Assembly: GCA_964270895.1 (NCBI GenBank) | Contig: OZ185435.1 | Source: Podarcis filfolensis | Lineage: Eukaryota | Length of the DNA stretch: 64,000 nt | Direction: 5' to 3' (one strand) | Shown: piece by piece, positions 11,726 through 24,519 of the stretch | How the letters are laid out: each line of letters opens with the position of its first letter | Position numbering within the stretch: the first letter of the stretch is position 1 | Program-made: the position numbers and the translations under genes | The notes under the pieces: model-generated | What the model was told of the DNA's origin: nothing | Database searches by the model: none | What the model saw: only the letters and a program-made list of their open reading frames with translations

Positions 11726-12310
11726 GCATTGGAATATCATACATATTAAATGCTTCATTTCCTGTAGACCAAGGGTGGGGAACCATCAGTCCCAGGCAGG
11801 TCCAGTCCCAGGCGCATCCCTATCCAGCCTTTCCTACTCAGATTCTCCTTCTCTTCCTCCTTCTGGAGAACTCACAAACATATGTATCTAGCCTTGCCTT
11901 ACACTGTAGTGTAGAATGGGTGTGCTAGATTCGTTTGAAGTTCTGGTTGCAAAATAGGTGTTTTCTTTAGCTCTGTAGGAGCTGTACTCTCTCATCCTGT
12001 AATATTTTTCATCCTTCCTTGCAAACTCTCAGAGATAGGAGCACAACAATTATAATCGTTTAAACTTCTCACAAGAAAATCCTCTTTAAGCTATTTATTT
12101 GGAGGTTCATTTATTAAAAAAACTCTTATCTTTTTTCCATTTCCAAATGATTTTATATACTAAAAATGACTTTTTTTTTAAGACTGTGGGTGGAATTCAA
12201 TGTGGCAATAAAGAGATTGTTCTGTCAGTGCAAGCATTTCTGCTTCCCTGGTGGGACAACTTCCACTCTCCTTCCCCCCAGGCACTGTTCTCCCAATCCT
12301 CCAGAGCAGA

Positions 12311-12500
12311 TATTAGGGACTGGCTGTATGCAGAGGAGTGGTGGGGGGCACCAAATAGGGAGCCCCCAAGGAAGGAAGGAAGGAAGGAAGGCTCAGAGCC
12401 AGGGGGTTGTTGGTGGGATGATGCTACATAGCCAAAGGAAGGAGAGGGAGCAGAGTGGGAGCCCCTTATCAGTGTGGGAGCAATTGTAGAGCTACCACTA
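12311..12500 (+). mobile_element. Degenerate fragment of the LTR family found at 53223-53803
   Basis: TATTAGGGACTGGCTGTATGCAGAGGAGTGG aligns with the LTR start TGTCAGGGACTGGCTGGATGAGGAGTGG. Confidence 0.5.
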
Positions 12501-13105
12501 CAGAAAAGGTAAATGTAAAAGGTGTCTTAAAATCAGCCAAACACAATGATGCAGTGTGTGTGAGAGAGACACACAAGGTATTTTTAATTGTAATGGATCT
12601 TCTCCCAAGCAGACAATGGAAATACTGATGACACTGGTGCACTTTGGGGTGAGTTATTGATCTATGGGTTTGGCACTCATGATTTTTCTCTCATCCAGTG
12701 AGTTAATATATGGAAAAGGTAGGAGGGTTTTTAACTTGGTATTTTTATGCTCTTTGCCAGTGGATGGTGTAATGGAGTCTCAATTACTGACAAGCACCTA
12801 ATCCCAGGAGAATAAGGTGAGCTGCCAAGCAAGGTTAGGAAATGTGGTGTGTGGGAAATGTCGGAACTGGGAGGAGGCTTTAAGGCACAAGTGTCACACT
12901 TGGCACTCTTTTTAATGAGCTGTAACTGTGAAGACTGTCAGAACTGTCAGGGCACCAAAGAGCCCTTCCTCTGTTATCGACAGCCAAGATGAAGGGGTGT
13001 GTGTAGGGGGTGGGGTGAGGAATGGGGAATGATTCTAGCCATTTTGGAAAGAAAGGAGGAAATTCAGAAATTCAGAAGAGATCCTGTTCCCTGCATCCCT
13101 TACAG

Positions 13106-13177
13106 TGGATGCCCCTTCATTAAATCGATGGGATCATTTCCAACAGACAGAGATGCCATCTCTTTCTTGCCTCTTAG
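13106..13177 (+). CDS. Candidate 72-nt cassette exon (phase 1-1: xDAPSLNRWDHFQQTEMPSLSCLL)
   Basis: Acceptor CCTGTTCCCTGCATCCCTTACAG, donor GTATCA, open frame, length divisible by 3. Protein not recognised. Confidence 0.3.
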
Positions 13178-13450
13178 GTATCAGACACTATGCATATTTA
13201 TAGATAGAGGGGCATGTATCTATTATATATGGTTAACCCAGAGGGATTTGGGTTTTTTCTTTCTTTTTTTAAGTTGAACTCTGAACTATTGTAATGGAAA
13301 ATATATATATATTCAGAGAAACGTGTTCAGAAGGATTTCCAGATTATAGCTGAATGTGGCATTATTTGAGATGTTAAGGTTTTATTGTACCAGCCTCAGG
13401 TTATATTGATGGAATTCAGAATTGAAGAGCGTTCTTGTTTCTCACATTAG

Positions 13451-13540
13451 TTTGCACTGATGAAACAACAACAGAGCTTAGTAAACAGGATGCAACTTTT
13501 GACAAATCTTCAGGGTATATGCTGTTCTGTACTAAAGTAG
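13451..13540 (+). CDS. Candidate 90-nt cassette exon (phase 1-1: xCTDETTTELSKQDATFDKSSGYMLFCTKV)
   Basis: Acceptor GTTCTTGTTTCTCACATTAG, donor GTAATA, open frame. Protein not recognised. Confidence 0.3.
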   Translation, partial: FALMKQQQSLVNRMQLLTNLQGICCSVLK

Positions 13541-15054
13541 GTAATATTCCCATCCAGATACCGATTGGAGCAAGTGGCTTGTATTTCAGCATAAATTAAT
13601 AATAATGGTAGTGTTTGCATTATTGCTATTAGACAGCAACTCAGTGAAATATGGGGTAGTTGTCTCTGTATGGACTAACAGCACAATCCTATGCATGCCT
13701 ACTCAGAAGTAAGTCTTCCTAACATAACATAAGTGGAGGAAGCTCCTTATACAACCACTCTGGTTTCTTTATATGTCTCCCTTTTTTTTGTGTGCGTTGG
13801 AATGGTTTGTGATTGTGCATTAATATATCTCACTGATAAGAAATCTCCTCCCTGAGTATTTCTACCCATGGGCTCACACCCAGTATTTCTTTAAACTTGT
13901 AATCAGCTTTCCTAAAGTTTTGACTGTGTGCCCGACTGTGCTGAAGTTACCTCTTTCATTGGTATCACAAACCCCAAGATCTGTACTACTTTCACCTCAT
14001 CAACCAGTTATTAATTGTAGATGAAGATCAGGTGTAGGATAGTTGATTCCCAATCTCTTCTTCTACCTTCTAGAAGAAGCTACTGGAGCCTATTAGTTTA
14101 TTATAAAGAGCTCTCTCTAAAGCCTGAATCCTAAACAGTCACATATGTGAACAAGGGAAATGTGTATTGAACATAACAATAAAAATACCTTCCCCTCTAT
14201 TTAGTTTCACTAAACTTTGGTATTATTGCTTTGATTATTTAAAAGAAGAGCACAGAGTAGCATATAAATCACCAAATTATGCAGGCATAAGCTTTGGCAT
14301 ATATTCCATGTCTTTTTTCAATCCTCCACTGTATGGGCCACTGTAAAAGGCCACTGCTGGATGCTGGACCTTTGCTCTGACCCACAATATTCTTATGTAA
14401 TAACAGAGGTGGGAAATAATTGCTCTGAATCTTAGAAATTGCTGCTGCTGCTATTGTTATTTTACAGTTTCTTACATCCATCTTTGAATGCTTTTTGGAA
14501 CTCTTCAAGTTCCCTCCAGAGTTCTCTGTTGTTTGCTACAACAGTTTTGTAGGAAGCAAACAAGTTTTAGATTGTCCATCCATCACATAAGTGGCTGTCC
14601 CCTTAGTCTTTTAAAATTGTAGCATTGTTTTATTTCATTGGCCTGAGTCGTATCTCTCCATAATGAAGGAAATACTTTTCATTTTTCAATATGGAGCTGA
14701 CTTTTCCAAAGCCTGTCCACAATTGTTTTATTCTTCTTTTTATTTCTGCTCTTTGGTTTCTCTCCCCAGTATGAATTTTTTTTTTGTCCTAAATAGGTAT
14801 ACTCTTAAACTTGCTCAATATCTTTACTTTATATTTGTATATTGTTCCCTTCTTTAAACATTATTTTAGTCTTAGCTAGATTCATCAACACAATTATGTA
14901 ATAGAAATAAAATCCAGAGGTGGTCTGCTATGCTGCTCAAGTGACCCCTGTGGTGTATGGTGTATTCTTAACAATATAATCCCATACATGTCTACTCAGA
15001 AGTAAGCACCATTGTGTTCAGTGACATTTACTCTTAGGTAAGTAAGATTGCATA

Positions 15055-15411
15055 GGGACACAGGTGGTGCTGTGTGTTAAACCACAGAGCCTAGGACTTG
15101 CCGATCAGAAGGTCGGCAGTTCGAATCCCCATGACGGGGTGAGCTCCCATTGCTCGTTCCCTGCTCCTGCCAACCTAGCAGTTCGAAAGCACGTCAAAGT
15201 GCAAGTAGATAAATAGGTACCACTCCGGTGGGAAGGTAAACGGCATTTCCGTGTGCTGCTCTGGTTTCACCAGAAGCGGCTTAGTCATGCTGGCCACATG
15301 ACCCGGAAGCTGTACGCCGGCTCCCTTGGCCAATAAAGCCTGATGGGCGTCGCAACCCCAGAGTCGTTCGCAACTGGACCTAACAGTCAGGGATCCCTTT
15401 ACCTTTACCTT
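15055..15411 (+). mobile_element. Sauria SINE, near full length, inserted in a palindromic MITE
   Basis: Head GGGACACAGGTGGTGCTGTGTGTTAAACC, tail CCTTTACCTTTACCTT; 14-bp duplication TAAGTAAGATTGCA at 15039-15052 and 15412-15425. Confidence 0.96.
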
Positions 15412-16089
15412 TAAGTAAGATTGCAGCCGAAACCTCTCATTGGAGGTAAATCCTATATGATTGACTATCAGCTACTTTTACAGCTGCAGGAGCTGTACAA
15501 GCAGGAATGACCTATGTATGTCTTGTGTCAGAATAAGTGTTTAGACTCATTGGGATAAACTTGACTGAAGCATTGTGCTGGAAGGCTGATTTGGTCATTA
15601 AATCTATAGCAACATGTATGGGTTTCATTTTCTCTGTCACTGGTGTGGCCTTTCCTTTTATAACCTGAAGCCATAATCATAAACCTCTTGTGAAGGAATC
15701 ATGGAGGCTAAAAGTATTATTGAGATTCGGCTGGCTTGAGCTGCAAAAACAGCCTTTTTAGCGCACAAATGGCTGGCAAACCTTGATACTTACAGCTCTA
15801 ATCCCACAGATATGTCCTCTCTAAATCAATCCACAGTTGGCACCTTCTCTTGAGACCAGGTAATATTGTTTGCTTCTCTTTGTTTTGTTAAGGATAATCT
15901 ATCGCTCCTTCTGTCTATATTTTCACTTCCAATGGGGGAATATCTCGCACTCTTTAAGGTGCATACTCAAGAGATAAATAATCCACATTAGCTATACCCT
16001 TTAACCACCCTCTTATAAGCATACTAGAATGTTTTCCTTGCCCTTTGCATTACATAATTATGAATGCCATGCAGCATACAGCTCCCTTG

Positions 16090-16610
16090 TTACAACAGCT
16101 CTACAGGCTACCGGAGTGTTTCTGGGCACAAATCACACTGCTGGTTATGACTTAGAAAGCCCTATATGGTTTAGGCCCAGGCTCCCATATGCACCTGCTC
16201 AGGCTCTGAGAACTTCAGGGGAGGCCCTTCTCTCAGTCCTGCCACCCTCACCGGCATGTTTGGTGGGAACGTGGGATAGGGCCTTCTCAATGGCTGCACC
16301 AGACCTTGGAACTCCCTTCCTAGACAGGCTAAACTGGTTCCGTCCTTGTTGTCCTTCTGTTGCAGATGAAGATTGTTTTTAAGGGAAGGGCTTTTACTAG
16401 TGCTGTGCTGTTTTTACTATCTGCATTTTATTATATTTGTTTTTATCTCATTTTAATTCTATTATAGTTTACTTATTTTTTAAACAATTCTTTTATATAT
16501 TCTATACATTTTTAGCTTTCTGTGTTGTATTCACATTTGTTTTAATTTTTGTGGCAGCCTTGTTTTTCTTCAAAGTGTTTTTTTATTATTACTATTGTAG
16601 TTGAGCTTTA
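16090..16610 (+). mobile_element. L2-type LINE 3' end
   Basis: AAAGCCCTATATGGTTTAGGCCCAGG ... AGGGCCTTCTCAATGGCTGCACC ... TGGAACTCCCTTCC followed by a T-rich 3' UTR. Confidence 0.8.
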
Positions 16611-17265
16611 AAACCCAACAAAGTTTGGAAACTTACTGTATCTGTGCTAACTTTAAATGCTATACACATCTATGATTAATATTGTACTTCCTTTCCCCCC
16701 TGGTGCATATATACTTTCCGCATTGTATTTGCCTAGAACAAGCATACCAAATTCAGAAAGTATAAAAGTTCTGCATGTGATGCTGATAAGAGAATAGTTT
16801 CTGCACTGGTATGTCTTGATTTTTAAGCTTGCATATTTGGAAAATAAAGTTGTTGTACCTGCATTTCTTGGTAATCTAAATAACAGTATTGACTTTCTTA
16901 TCTCAGGGGTGGCAGAAATGCATTTCGAATTTATTGAAACAACTGCTTCCTTCCACATACTGAAACATAAACAGCTAGACAGCAGCATATGTTCCGTGCA
17001 TTCGTTCTCAGTGCCCTGCCTGATGCATTTGCAATGTTACTTTTCCAGTATAAATCAAGAGACCCACAGCCAGCCATTAGAGTAAGGGAAATGGTTTAAG
17101 ATACATTTAATAGATGATTTTTACATGGCCAGCAGGGTCTCATTATGTGAATGGGCGTTCTTTCAAGCAATTCTGCTTTCTCTCCACTGGGTCGTTTGGC
17201 TAGGTGCCTTCCTCAGTGTGGTCACTTGAGAGACGAAGCACTGAGCATGTTTCAGTGATTTAGAG

Positions 17266-17514
17266 CAGGGGTAGGCAACCTAAGGCCTGGAGGCCGGATG
17301 CGGCCCAGTTGCCTTTTCAATCCGGCCCGCAGACGGTCCGGGAATCAGCGTGTTTTTACATGAGTAGAATGTGTCCTTTTATTTATAATGCATCTCTGGG
17401 TTATTTGTGGGGCATAGGAATTTGTTAATTCCCCCCCCCCAATATAGTCTGGCCCACCACATGGTCTGAGGGACAGTGGACTGGCCCACAGCTGAAAAAG
17501 GTTGCTGACCCCTG
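17266..17514. mobile_element. hAT MITE with intact 8-bp TSD
   Basis: TIRs CAGGGGTAGGCAACCT / AGGTTGCTGACCCCTG (14/16); TSD ATTTAGAG at 17258-17265 and 17515-17522. Confidence 0.93.
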
Positions 17515-18847
17515 ATTTAGAGGGCACAGAAAATGGATGTGGCCAGTGGTCATCTGCTTTTCTATGGGGTAGAAATGGACCAGCCACCAAGGATTTCCTG
17601 CTGTTTGTTCTTTAGCCTAACCAGTCTTCTTCTGTTTGCTGAAACAACAACAGGAGCAGGACAGCCAGGGCATTCACAGTGCTGCTGCTGCTGCTGCTGC
17701 ATGATGATAAAGCATGGCATAGTGCTCGCATATCCTCTTTTGCTAAAAAGAGCTAAGGAAGGCTGCTGTGCTGTGTAGACTTACTTTCACTGAGCACAGG
17801 AAAACTTACTTCCACATAAACATGCATATTGCCAAGCTGTAAGCTGCATGTGCTTCGTAGAGCTGAACTTTTTTTTTAGTCCTTGGGTTCTGCTGCTTGC
17901 AGGCATAGGGCTGAATAAAAGAAAACACCCGCCTATCTAACTCCATTAATACTATAAGCAACAGCTCCTTTGGAACTTTGCTGTTGGAGACCAAATTATG
18001 ATACAGATGATAAATTTGTGGTTTGGGGCAGATGGGGGAGCAGAGCAATGGGTAACAAACAGGCTTACCGAAATAAACTGCAGACTTTTTACCTTTAGCA
18101 ATTACTTTCCTGGAAATGGAATAGGAAGACAGAATCACCCTTTGCCATTTGCAATGCCTTTTCTGTTCCTTGTGAAAGACTGAACAACTCTTATCTTAGG
18201 CTGTACATCTGGAAGCGCATCGATCTGCTCTTTTGCCTGCTCTATTAGACATATGGCTTAATATTTGAAGGCTGTTCCTTTGTTGATCTTTTCCTCTCCA
18301 CTGGACCTCGTAAGGCAAACTTTTTCTTCAGAGGTAATAATTCCTGCCTGCCTGTCTCTAATACTGCATACATCTTACTCATGGCAAGGCTTTTTTTTAA
18401 TTTTTAATTTTATAAATTTATATCCTACTTCACCCAGTTTTCTTTATGTAACACACAATCGAAATATCAAACATAAATAAAAATGCACAAAGAAAACCAA
18501 CAAGTAAAAAATATTCATAACGTTCTGCTCCAAGACCCAGCCTTTAAAGTGAAGCAAACGGCAGAACCACAACACAATACACTTAAAATTTTTGTGGGAA
18601 AACAGACAAGTATTACATTTTTCTCCTGCTAACAACCAGAGTATGACAGCTCCATGCACCAGCAGGGAATTTATTCCAAATCTTCAAGGCAATAACAGAA
18701 AACACCCAAGTATTCTCCCATGCTTGAAGGCAGGAACTATTGCTGCTTCATAGGAACTTTTAACTGTTGGGATTCCCAGAAGTGGCCTCAGTTTAAGTTC
18801 CTGCCTTGAAGCTCAAAGCAGGTAACAGAGAATAATGACAGAGAATA

Positions 18848-19238
18848 AGGTAAATGTAAAGGGACCCCTGACTGTTAAGTCCAGTCGTGGACGACTCTGG
18901 GGTTGCGGCACTCATCTGACTGAGGGAGCCGGTGTACATCTTCTGGGTCATGTGCGCTTTACTGACCGAGGGAGCCGGTGTACATCTTCTGGGTCATGTG
19001 GCCAGCATGACTAAGCCGCTTCTGGTGAAACCATAGCAGCACACGGAAACGCTGTTTACCTTCTTGCCGGAGCAGTACCTATTTATCTACTTACACTGGT
19101 GTGCTTTCGAACTGCTAGGTTGGCAGGAGCAGGGACAGAGCAACAGGAGCTCACCCCATCACGGGGATTCGAACCGCCAACCTTCTGATCGGCAAGCCCT
19201 AGGCTCCCTGGTTTAGACCACAGCGCCACCCGCGTCCC
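18848..19238 (-). mobile_element. Sauria SINE, full length, with internal duplication
   Basis: Reverse complement of the other copies; 15-bp TSD TAATGACAGAGAATA at 18833-18847 and 19239-19253. Confidence 0.96.
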
Positions 19239-20772
19239 TAATGACAGAGAATATCACAATCTTAATCATTGCTGTTGTCCACACTTTTCTTTCCTTCTTT
19301 GCTATTAGCATTTTATGGAAATGTTGCGAGTGAGATGCAAATAAGTTGGTTGGTGCACGCACAAAAAAAGAGTCTTCTCACACAACGGGACGTTCCCACC
19401 TCTTCTCCCCCTGTGTATGCAGGGGCACCAGCATAATTTTTGGGCCCAATGCACTCAGTGTGTATAGGACCTCTGTCTTACTGCAGAAGATGGCACAAAT
19501 GGCATAAAATATGCCTCTGATAATTTCTATGGATACATCCAAAAATAGAAATAATTTCTATAATTTAAATAGAAAAACCATACATCTTTTCATACTGAGG
19601 AAACCTGTGACCAGGTCAGGTGACTTCTTACCTGCCCTCTGGGCTTTCTCTTTACTTGCTCAGTGTAAGGCAAGGATAGAAAACTCTTTTCCTATGAAGG
19701 ACCATTGACCCACAGAAAAATAGTCCATTCGGGACCACACACAAGTAATAAGATATCTGACAGATGAGGCTTTTCCAATAATGGTATTTTCATATGAGGA
19801 AATGCTTAACCTAGTGAATTTCTGCCTCCATCACGGCTGATAAAGGCACAATAACCTTAAATCATGCAAAACCTCAATATGTATTCGCTGTAAACCATAT
19901 ACAGTACGTTACTGTGGTTTTTGTTTTAATCAACTGATCTTAGTTTGGTTATACTACATTCAGTGCAAGATTAGGCGAGGTATTTCAGGATAGGGGTGGG
20001 GGTGTCAAAAGAAATTTAAGACAGCAACCAAGATTCAGATTCCATGTTTGGATGGAATCAGGATTTAATGATTAAAAAGTAAACAATGTATTCTAAGAGC
20101 AATTTTGTGCTTTTTTTTAAAAAAAATCTTACAATAACTATAGAAACATTATTGACACAAGTCACCCTCCCACCTTCTTCTTTTTTAAGCAAAAAGGATT
20201 TGAACATTTGACATGAACAGAGGCATTTAAGTGCTTAAACAAGAAGCAACAACTCACCTACAAGATGCCCCCCATTTGTGGGAAAACAATCATTCCTGCC
20301 TTGCTCCTCCCCCCACCATCAACACACATATTGCTGCAGTGAACTTGAAAAAAACAATACCCACAACTGCATTTTCCTTTAAAAAGAATATGAAGAGACC
20401 TAATAACAACAGTAGACTTCACTGCCATTCTCTAGTCTCTCTCTCTCAGCCCCGAGCCCCCATCCCTGGATGATATTTATGTGCTTGTGAATTATTATTT
20501 TTTACACGGGTGTGTGATATTTTATTCTGGGTGGACTTAGGCTCACTCAGAATAAAGTGTCCCAACCTCTTCATATATAGCTAATAAAAAGCAAAAGGAT
20601 ATTTATTTATTTTTGCTCCCCCCCCCAAAAAAAGGTTCATGGAGTCAAAATAAAAGGGAAGAACCATGGTCGTATTTGGCTCCTTTGGAAGACATTTTGG
20701 AAGAAGAAAAAATGTGGGTAAACTAGAGTTGTTCCATAAATTTCTAGCACTGGTCATAAGAAGAGGTAGCAT

Positions 20773-21029
20773 TAGGCTTGCCATACATCAGGAAAATTCC
20801 TGACTTGTCCTGTTTTTTGGGTGTAAAAATGGCATCAGGGGAATTTTGCTGAAACGGCAAAATGTTTGGGAAAACCTGGATGTATGGGAATATGATGGGA
20901 AAGGCAGTGGAAACAGCTCCGAAAGCTTAAAATTGCTATTTTGGGGGAGATTCCCCCCCAAAAGGCCCAACAAAGCTCAACAACTTTGCGGGTGTCGGGA
21001 ATTTTACTTTTTGAAATATGGCAACCCTA
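20773..21029. mobile_element. hAT (Blackjack-like) non-autonomous element
   Basis: Termini TAGGCTTGCCATA / TATGGCAACCCTA; degenerate 8-bp TSD GGTAGCAT (20765-20772) / GGTAGTGT (21030-21037). Confidence 0.8.
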
Positions 21030-23280
21030 GGTAGTGTATACATCCTTTTTTACTATGCTGTTCGGAAGGTGATGAGAACGGCTGGGCTGGGTGCAATCAC
21101 AAACTGGATATGGGCAGGAAGCAGCTAGCCTCCTGGCAACCATTCATGCATCACATTTGAACAACAGAAAATTGTTGTCCTGTGGCATGGAAGGGATACA
21201 CATTGGGTGCCTTGATGAAATCTGCTTTATTGGCAAACACAGAGAAAAACAAATCCTGAGCAAATGAGCCATTAGGGAATGTTGTGATGAGCTGTTAGAC
21301 TTGGAACTCAGAACTTTTTTCTCTTGCACCATCTGCTTTTCCTCCATTTCATTTGAGGCATCAGGGGCTGCCTCAACAGGCTCAGAGGAGATGTTTGGAG
21401 GTGAGGAGTTGTGCCCTGACCAATGACATTTGCTCTGTAATGATTCAGTGGGTGACTTTCTTCATGCTTAGGAATCTGACAACTGTAGCATTTGTGACAT
21501 GCTAAGTCAAAAGGAATTTTCCTTTAGGTCAGATTGACCAGTGATCCTGAGGTTCTTTCTCCCCCCCTTCTTCTCCCCTCCCTTGCAGCAGACATCTGGC
21601 GCTATTTGCTTTGCAAGCACCTTTGTACACCTGCTCTCTGCTTGTGGTACATTGCATTCCAAAATGTGAAAGACCAGTCTATCTTGGGATGCGATGAGAG
21701 GTGGGCAGATGGTCCTGTCTCCTAGCAATCAAGAGAACCAGGTCTATGACCTAAAACTGCAATGCCCTCTGGGAATGTTCAGTACATTAGTGTTTTTTGC
21801 TGTTAAGCAAAACACAAAATCTTGAAGTCTCTGCTGTTGGTATACAAAGGAAGAAAGGTTGTCCATGCCATTTTAAATACTGCAGCATTTATTCAATGAT
21901 TTTAGACTTCTAAGCAGTGTTGTCAATCCCCCAGTATAATGAAAATCAGATATCTGAATCCATCTGGTACATCTTGTTCGGCAAGCTTTTCCTTGTTCAA
22001 GATGATATGGGGGAAGAGTAATAAGCCGTTCAGTATCAGGCCGCAAGAAAGGTGGTGAATTAAAATGCATTAGAAAAAATATTACTCCAGTGCTTTCTTT
22101 AGATCATTATTAAAATAGCAGGGTTTTGTCAAGCTAAAAATATTCAGCCTAGTGGGTGCATGAATAGCTGTGCTGTGGAGAAAAAAAGTGCAGGTTATTT
22201 GTATGAATGTAACTGCTTTTCTTGTGTCTCAAATTGCTTTTTTTGTCTAAACTGGTGTAGCAAACGTGAAGGGAGGAGGCAGGCAGAGAAGGAACTCCAT
22301 GGCTTTTCCCTCTAAGACCTGCTGAGCATGGCAGGACAGCAGGCACAAAGTGTTTCTACACCCAGCTTCTCATGCAATTTGTGACATGATTTCCTATACA
22401 AATAATGCTTCCCCTTCCTACTACACACACACACCTTTCCCCTTGTCTGCTTTGCCGGATGAATGGGGTAGATAATGGCCCATTGTTTGCTGCTCTCTTG
22501 AATAGCATTTCATCATTGTCTTAAAGCCTCACAGGAGTGAACTTAACACACTGGGCTTTGTTGAAACAAAAGCACTTGTGCTCAATGTCACCAGCTAGAC
22601 TGCAATGGGAAATGCTAATTTTGATAGTTCTGCAAGTCTTTGAGCTGGAGCCTGGAGCCATGGAGGTAAATATTACAACCACAGTGTTGATGCTATCCAG
22701 GCCGTTTGCTTTTAAGTGCTGGACAAGCAGCCTTTTTTCACAGGGACATCAATTTTTGTGCCTAGTCATTTCAGCTGGTTGCATCATGCAGGCAGTTTTT
22801 TAATGTCTTCAGAGTAACCATGGTAACTGAGGGCCATTTAAATTTGCTGAAGGAGAATGAATTCCTCCCCCAGAACTCTAAATGAAACAGAATCAGAAAA
22901 AGTCACGTATCAGCTGAATATTTCACTGATGTAAAGAGCAGGAACTAGCAGCTAGAGCACCTATTTATATCCTCTAAGGATCTCCCCAAATGAGGGGACC
23001 GAATTTTGATCAGGTGCAAGGGCTGTTGAAGCTAGATTAGAATTACACCTATTTATACATAGGTGCTGTTGCTGCCTTTTGTTGGTGTGTGTGCTCTTTC
23101 CTATGTACACTCATAAGTACATTCCAGTGAACATACAATACAACACCCGTGACAGAATAAATAATGGCGTGTGTTGCAAGGCACTGAATGGCACTGAATC
23201 TAGCTCTCAAAACATCCTTGCTTAATCTTTTATTGAAAGTAATTCTGCAAAGAATGTGAAGGGAAACATTTGTGGATTGA

Positions 23281-23470
23281 GGACATAAGAGCCATGCTGT
23301 ATCAGGCCAAATGACTATCTAGTCCAGCATCCTGTTCCCACAGCAAACAATTAGATGCCTATAGGATGTCTGTAAAGCAGGACCTGAGTGCAACGATATG
23401 CTCCCCACTTGTGATTTCATAAGCATGCCATCCCTGGCAGTGGAGGTGGTCCATAGCTATAATGGCTCCC
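23281..23470 (-). mobile_element. CR1 3' end
   Basis: ACATAAGAGCCATGCTGTATCAGGCC...CTAGTCCAGCATCCTGTT is the reverse complement of the CR1 3' terminus. Confidence 0.75.
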
Positions 23471-24519
23471 CCTTGCTATAGAAATTAGAGAATTTGCATT
23501 TCCTTATTATGCCCTGTTACCTTTGTCATGGTGGTCTGTCCCAGTTTCTGGCACTGGAAAATCTTGACGTTTTCTTCCTGGGCTAGGTCCCACAGATACT
23601 TTATTGCTGCAATTACTTCAGCTGTTAGTCACTATAATTGATTAATTTAACAATTTCAAACTCATGTTTACACTGATTTCAATTAAATGTGGCCCTGGCC
23701 AACAAAACCTTTCTTCTCTCCTGATTGCCTTCCATCCAGTTTAGCTTAGAACAATATAAATGTTCCTTCTTTTCAACATAATAGTGTCAACAGTGTATAA
23801 ACAGGGTATTTTAACAGTGAAAGGACTCAAAGGAAAGCAACACCTGTAATCAAAACTGAGGCTCAGACTCTATGCTTGGATGGCCGATATAGAACAGGAA
23901 AAGCTGCTTCAAGGAGGATGATAGCATAAAAGATTTGAGGTACCCTTTCTTCACCTTCCATTTCCCAGCTCCAAATTGCCACCCCAAAACTGTTGTCCCC
24001 CATGCATTATTTCAGATGTGTGTGCCCACAAACACAGTGGCTATTACAGGTCAGGATTATGATATTGCAGCTACCTCCCATCCAGTAATGTTCTCTGATG
24101 AGTGCATCCGATTGGTACTCATGGTGGAGCAGTTTTATTATTATTTTGGCTGAGATCCAAAGGACCCATTTATGTGCAGGCAATGGAACTGTATGTGAGC
24201 CAGAATTTTCTTCAGCTTCTCACTGCACCATCTCTCGCATTAGATGATGCAAGCTGATTTTCAGCTTGAAGAGGGCTTCATTGGCCGTGGTGCTGGCCAT
24301 GAAAATGACATCAGCAACCTAATGGTTGTTGCCTTGTGCACGTGTAAATAGCTAACTTTTTTTTAGCATGCAGTGTTGTACATAATCCAGGCAAGTTAAT
24401 CATTTTAAAGTTCCATGGATTTAAATGGAAACGTTAAGCATGCAATTAAACCTCTTACACTGATGTCAGTGGAATGGAAAATGCTTAACTTTGACTGAAG
24501 TTTGCCCTTTATCTCCATT

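Noticed and set aside
22814-22827. RFX X-box-like palindrome (also 63032-63045)
   Set aside because: One-mismatch matches of this kind are expected occasionally in 64 kb and there is no supporting context.
24095-24125. Second hammerhead candidate (CTGATGA followed by a hairpin)
   Set aside because: No GAAA after the stem and no stem I partner; other CTGANGA hits (5105, 12625, 13457, 26512, 60515) fail likewise.
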